Source: Bugula neritina
Lineage: Eukaryota; Animalia; Bryozoa
NCBI GenBank assembly: GCA_964035545.1
Contig: OZ037767.1
Span: forward strand, 14,121,801-14,185,800
Direction of reading: 5' to 3'
Length of the DNA: 64,000 nt
This document shows positions 58,801 through 64,000 of the stretch, piece by piece (position 1 is the first letter of the stretch; each line of letters starts with the position of its first letter). The notes under the pieces are model-generated. The model did no database searches and was not told the DNA's origin. It worked only from the letters and a program-made list of their open reading frames with translations. The translations under genes and the position numbers were made by a program.

Positions 58801-59270
58801 TCCTAACAGCCAACAGAAGTTAAATATGCAAGACAGTTTCAAAGTATTTTACAACTTAATAAAGCTTTCCGTTTAATAAATTGCTAGTATGAGTATCAAT
58901 GAAACGGTTGAATGACCCGTAATAAGCTACTAAAAAGATCTTAATTAAAAACTTATGAAAATAAACAATATTTTGCAAGAAGAACGTAATGAAATTGGGA
59001 ATAAATACATTTTGCATTGTGAATAGAAAGTTAACAAATACACAGTAGATTTGAAATAGTAGCAGAACCAGAATGATAACTATTAGCCACTTTTGGCACA
59101 CTGGTTGTCGCTACAGTAGCGAGGGAGGTGGTAAATGTAGTCTGTATGTTGCTATCTAAGTATCAAGAGGAGACAATCTCTACTTGCGTGATTTACTACA
59201 ACTTGTTACTTGAGAATAGTCAAGGATTGTCAAGTAGTTTAATATTTTTCTATATCAAGTGGGGACAATT

Positions 59271-61523
59271 CTAGCCATGTGGTTTGCTAGTCGCCACTTG
59301 AGTGTGGGAAGGCGGAGACTGAAATGAACTAGATCTGCTCAGCTTATTCTCTGTGTCTGTTATAAAGTCATGAAGTTCCTGTGCTGCCTGTATTTGTATT
59401 TTTACGACCTGCAATATGATTACAAAAGTACAGCACACTCAATTTAAAGAGAAAGAGTGCTACAAGTTGTGAGGCTAAACAGATTGTCACCAAAAATGAT
59501 GTAAAATATTTACAATCAATCAATTTACCCTGCTTCAAATTCTCATTTACTAGCACATGTTTTAAGTTGAAGGAGTGAATTATAGCTGAATAATTGGAAT
59601 TGCCTTACCTTCATATAGTCCTGTATTAGAATTGTTTTATTGACATGGGCTTCATCTGTTTTCTTGCTAGCTATTGGTATTCCCACCTGCTTCTTCGAAT
59701 CTAAAGCTTGCGTGTGCCATTGTATGGCCAGTTTCTACATATTGAAATCAAAGTTAGATAATGTAAATTTCAATCAGTTAAAATCTGCTGTGATTAGTTA
59801 CTACAAAAAAAGATATATGGAATGATTCACTGTGTGCTGCTCTTATATAACAAATAAAAATAGCAGACATGTGCTCAGAATGATAGAAACTATGCACTAT
59901 TTTCTGCTAATTATTTTAAGTGAGTACTAATACTGAATGACATTAATTATAAAATATTATTAAAAATTGGTTTTATATCATTTTATAATTGAAACCTCTT
60001 GAAAACTTTTGGGCAAAAAATTATAATTAGAGTATTACGAGTTGCCTTCTCAATCAATGTGCATAAAAATTATCATTTCAAGTGTTTTTACATAAATTCA
60101 AAAGTTACCAAATTGGTCTCTATTTGGTCAAGTATAGAAAACAGCTCTTCAAGGCCTTTTTCAAGTCTCAATCTCTGTCCATCTTTTTGACTGAAAATAG
60201 ACATTGATAGATTTTCAAGTTAATTTTAATGACAAATTTTTTATCTCAAGTGTAAAAATTTAATATGCTGTGAGAGCAAACATAGTGTGCACATTTAAAG
60301 TTACTGTAAAACAAACATAAAGTCCAAATCCAACTACAAATTAAAAACTAAACAAAATGGTTCGACATAAACAGCTAACAAAGATTCTCATATCTAAGTT
60401 CTCATGACTTAAAAATATAATTGCCATTTTACTAGCAGCTCAGGCTGGTTATAGCTTCAATTTAAGATAGTATAATGATCAGCTTTATGTACCTTCCAGG
60501 TTGTTTTGTGTTCTCTTGCAACAAAGAGGCTGACTTTTTGAGAAGATCCTTGAAAACAAAATCATAATCATTATTTGGAGCAAATTTATTGTGAACAGTG
60601 ACTGATATTTATAGCATGCTTGTTTTGATAAATTAGGTAAAAATTTTACAAAATATATCAGCAATAGTTTACAAGGATAGTTAATAAGTATGGCCTAAAA
60701 TTCAATAAAAATCAATAGAAGTTTATTACTATAGCATAAAAATAGTCCAATGGAACAAAAAAAAATAAAATTTTAAATCATGTTTTTACTAATACTGATT
60801 AAGACGCATGTTGATGTCATTAAACAATTAAAATATTACAAAAGCACAAAAACTATTGAAACTACTGATATTCACAGATGCTAGTTTAAATCAACAATTT
60901 GAAGTTTACATTAACATTGCCTGGTTAGAAAATAAGTAATAAAAGAGCTTAGTGAATTTATTGGCTCAAGCCTCAAAGTTAAATGTACTATCACTATGAT
61001 ACTCATACTGATACTGACAGTGACTATGCACTTGCAGTTGTAGTAAATGTAATACTAATAGTAATAGTAACTGTAAGGTTCAGGTTGCAATATCAATTGC
61101 AGCAGAAGACCGAGACAAAGTTCATAAAAATAAAAACTAAACTTCAAGTTAACATTGCCATTGCAATACTTATACTAATAGTAATATTAATAGTAATAAT
61201 TTTGCTAACAATAAAAAATTGATTTTAGCTTTAAATTTAAGCCAATTATTATAAATAATTATAAATTACTAATTACTAATGTAATTAAATTAGTAATTTA
61301 ATTTTATTATTCTAATTTTAAACTTAAAGTTAAAGCAGTACTTTACCGTTAGAATCTCTCTAGCTTTAGCAACGTCCCGTTTAAATACAGTCTGTATAAA
61401 ATTTTCTTGGCGATCTGGGTGACCGCTGTTACGAGCAGCATCTTGAATTTGACTGCTGTGCGTATGACTATGGGATGCTATTGAGCTTGATGCAGGGCGA
61501 TAGTACTGGTTGGGCGCCGCCAT
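59271..61523 (-). CDS. MED29: Mediator subunit 29 (intersex). Exons 61523-61347, 60548-60493, 60190-60109, 59734-59609, 59408-59271
   Basis: Exons splice in phase: DLLKKSASLLQEN..RLEKGLEELFSILDQIETNL|KLAIQWHTQALDSKK..QDYMK|VVKIQIQAAQELHDFITDTENKL, matching recalled MED29 RFDKCLEEFYALCDQLELCLRLA..VIKAQISCAKDIH. Confidence 0.85.
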
Positions 61524-64000
61524 TTTTTATTTTATTCAAATGGAATCGCTTAACTATAGTTGAAGCAAAATTAAAGATGAAAAGACAACTCTCATTCTAG
61601 CATGTAGTTGGCTAGCTCAGTGGCCAAAACTTGGAATTTTTGTTAAAAGGTAATTAGAAAATGGTAACTATTTGATTATAAACTTTGCATTATTTAGTGT
61701 TCTTAGACATTAGAGTGAAAAGTTGCATTTTTGACCAAGCTTTTTAATTTCTCAGACTGTAGATAAATATCATGGTTTCTTTTCAAACTAAACCAAGAAG
61801 GAGTAGCTTTGGTATAGTGGCTGCCCTAAGGTGTACTAAGCTATGTCATCAATTCCTGACGCAATATCATTAGTGGCATCACTAAAAGCTATATTCATTT
61901 AAATATTGAGAGACACAACACTTTTTAATTAAAAATGTGAGAACTCAAAATTATAACTTCTATGAGAGTTGGTTTCATGCTTGTATTATTTTTAGGCATG
62001 TGATATAATATGCAATGAATTTTCAGCTATATATAATAAATACTGTACTGTTGTGTTGTATTGATTACAAGGTCTTCATATGGTGACAATATGATATTAC
62101 ACACTCATATTTAATATTTGTTATCTACAAATATATTTCTATTTTCAGCATTTAATGACACAAAGGGGTGTTATAGCTCTATAATCTTTTTCCTAAATAT
62201 ATAACATTGCAGAGCTACTGAGGGTTTCTTTAAGTAACTGATATTTCAAACGCAACAAGTTTCAGATTGTAATGTATATAAAATATACATTAACTCAACT
62301 CTGTAAACCTATTCACTATAAAGTCTGGCTTGTTTACAGGTACATGCAGGCTTCTCCCTCCTTTTGAATGAGAATGAATGCTGAAAGCTATTTGCTGTTC
62401 AGAACTATAGCAGCTTATATATAAACCTGATTTACATAGTAGGTCTTGACTCATCATAGTTTTATAATTAATTTAAACAACCAGAATAAAATATGCTGTT
62501 CTCGCAGCTATTCTTTTTAAAACTTTCCAATTAAATTAAAATCAAAAATATATAATTAATCTACGAGGCACTTTGTTAGAAAATAGTTTAATATCATGTA
62601 CATAATAGTATAATATAGTAACATATAATATCTGTTTTCATATCTTCAGAATAACTTATAGAATATATATAGCTGTAAGATAACTGAAATAATATTGTTA
62701 CTGCATTTATATTGATTTGAGTTTATAGCTCATTTACACAAAGCTTCCTATGAACCACAGTACCCTCTGCATGTCCTACATTCACCATTGTTTCAGTTTT
62801 TCATAGAGCTCAATGCTCATTTACTTAGGTCTGGCCATCAATGAAGTTAGATTGTTTGAAGTTGGAAGTTCATTATAGATTTTAGTGGACTCGAAGTTTC
62901 TCTCTACTTAGTGAAGTAAATATAACAATCCAGCCGCAGTTCAACTTTTCTTGACGGCATTTATGTTAGAAGCCTCCTTCTAGCTTTTAGTTAAAAATTG
63001 GATAAGCTTTGCTAGGGGTCACCATAATTTCTGTTTACATAAAAAAAAGGTAGGCAGTACCAAATTTTAGCTATTGATTTTGTTAAGTATTAGTTGTAAT
63101 CACATAAAATTTCAATATTTTTATGATTTATTAAAATAAATGAATAATTATGCTGTAGAACTGTTGTACCAAGTGCAATAGAGTTATAACCATCATATAT
63201 CAATTCATTTTATATTATTTTTTACTCTCAATGTATAAGTTATTATATTAATTTATGGTTGCACATACTACATTATAAGGGTGGTTTACTTGCCGTGGGT
63301 GTAGCATGTAATTGTACATAATACAAAGCAAATACAAAACTGAATCAAACTGCATGGTTGATATGCCTAACAATTTAGATAAATAATATATTTGCATATT
63401 TAGTGTTACACTATTAGATGAATTACATGTTGTCTCATTGTTGTAAGTCTAATAGGTGCCTCATATATATTTGCATTTCTTCATCTACTCTTATGGAATG
63501 ATGTATACTGATTTAATATTTATACAGCTTGTAATAATGACACTCCAATATCATCCACACATTCATTGACTCTGGAGTTACGACATAGAGCACTACTAGT
63601 GTTTATACTGTACCTAAAGGTAATCATTCACTAGCAGTAAGTACTAAGCCTTGCTATTTTATCTAATTTTGTGGGAGAGTGATCTACTGTCCTACTTTAT
63701 AAAACTGAAATAGCTTGAGGCCTATTAGCATTTTATCTTAGATTATTGTTGATTTTTTATGGGCCGGTATACACACAAATTATTGCAAGCTTCGACTCCT
63801 ATATAGTGCCTGATTGAAGACAGAGATTAAAATTGTGAATGAATTTTTTTTTCAATTCAATTAAAATAGTTTATTTGAAACCGATTTAATTTATCTTTGC
63901 AATAATGAACAACATTTAAATAAATATATATAATATACTGGTGATCATTTAAAAGATCGTGCATGGGCAGACAAATTTAGATCTAGTAGTCTAAGCAACA

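Noticed and set aside
61700-64000. A plus-strand gene divergent from MED29 (e.g. MVSFQTKPRR.. near 61772)
   Set aside because: Could not build an in-frame spliced model or recognise any motif

Overview
AT-rich, intron-containing animal genomic DNA (probably an invertebrate; taxon not determinable from sequence). I could reconstruct six spliced host genes by hand. These are the 5' part of HACE1 (-, runs off the left edge), presenilin (+), a 117-aa PH-domain/CaaX protein (-), Smaug/SAMD4 (-), canonical poly(A) polymerase (-) and MED29 (-). Mobile DNA comprises an apparently intact CR1-group LINE (PHD ORF1; APE-RT ORF2 lacking an upstream AUG), a very young but rearranged BEL/Pao LTR element, three copies of a tRNA-derived SINE and several MITEs. 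The BEL/Pao element has visually identical 452-bp LTRs and an ATTAC target-site duplication, lacks PR/RT, and has its PBS overwritten by a pol fragment. The most unusual signal is that at least six intronic minisatellites in four genes are tandem copies of the neighbouring splice junction itself. The extreme case is a presenilin intron made almost entirely of about 25 copies of a 42-bp [donor-like + acceptor + exon start] unit, at the exon encoding the endoproteolysis site. Gene models and alignments were done by eye and homologies are from memory; no searches were run.
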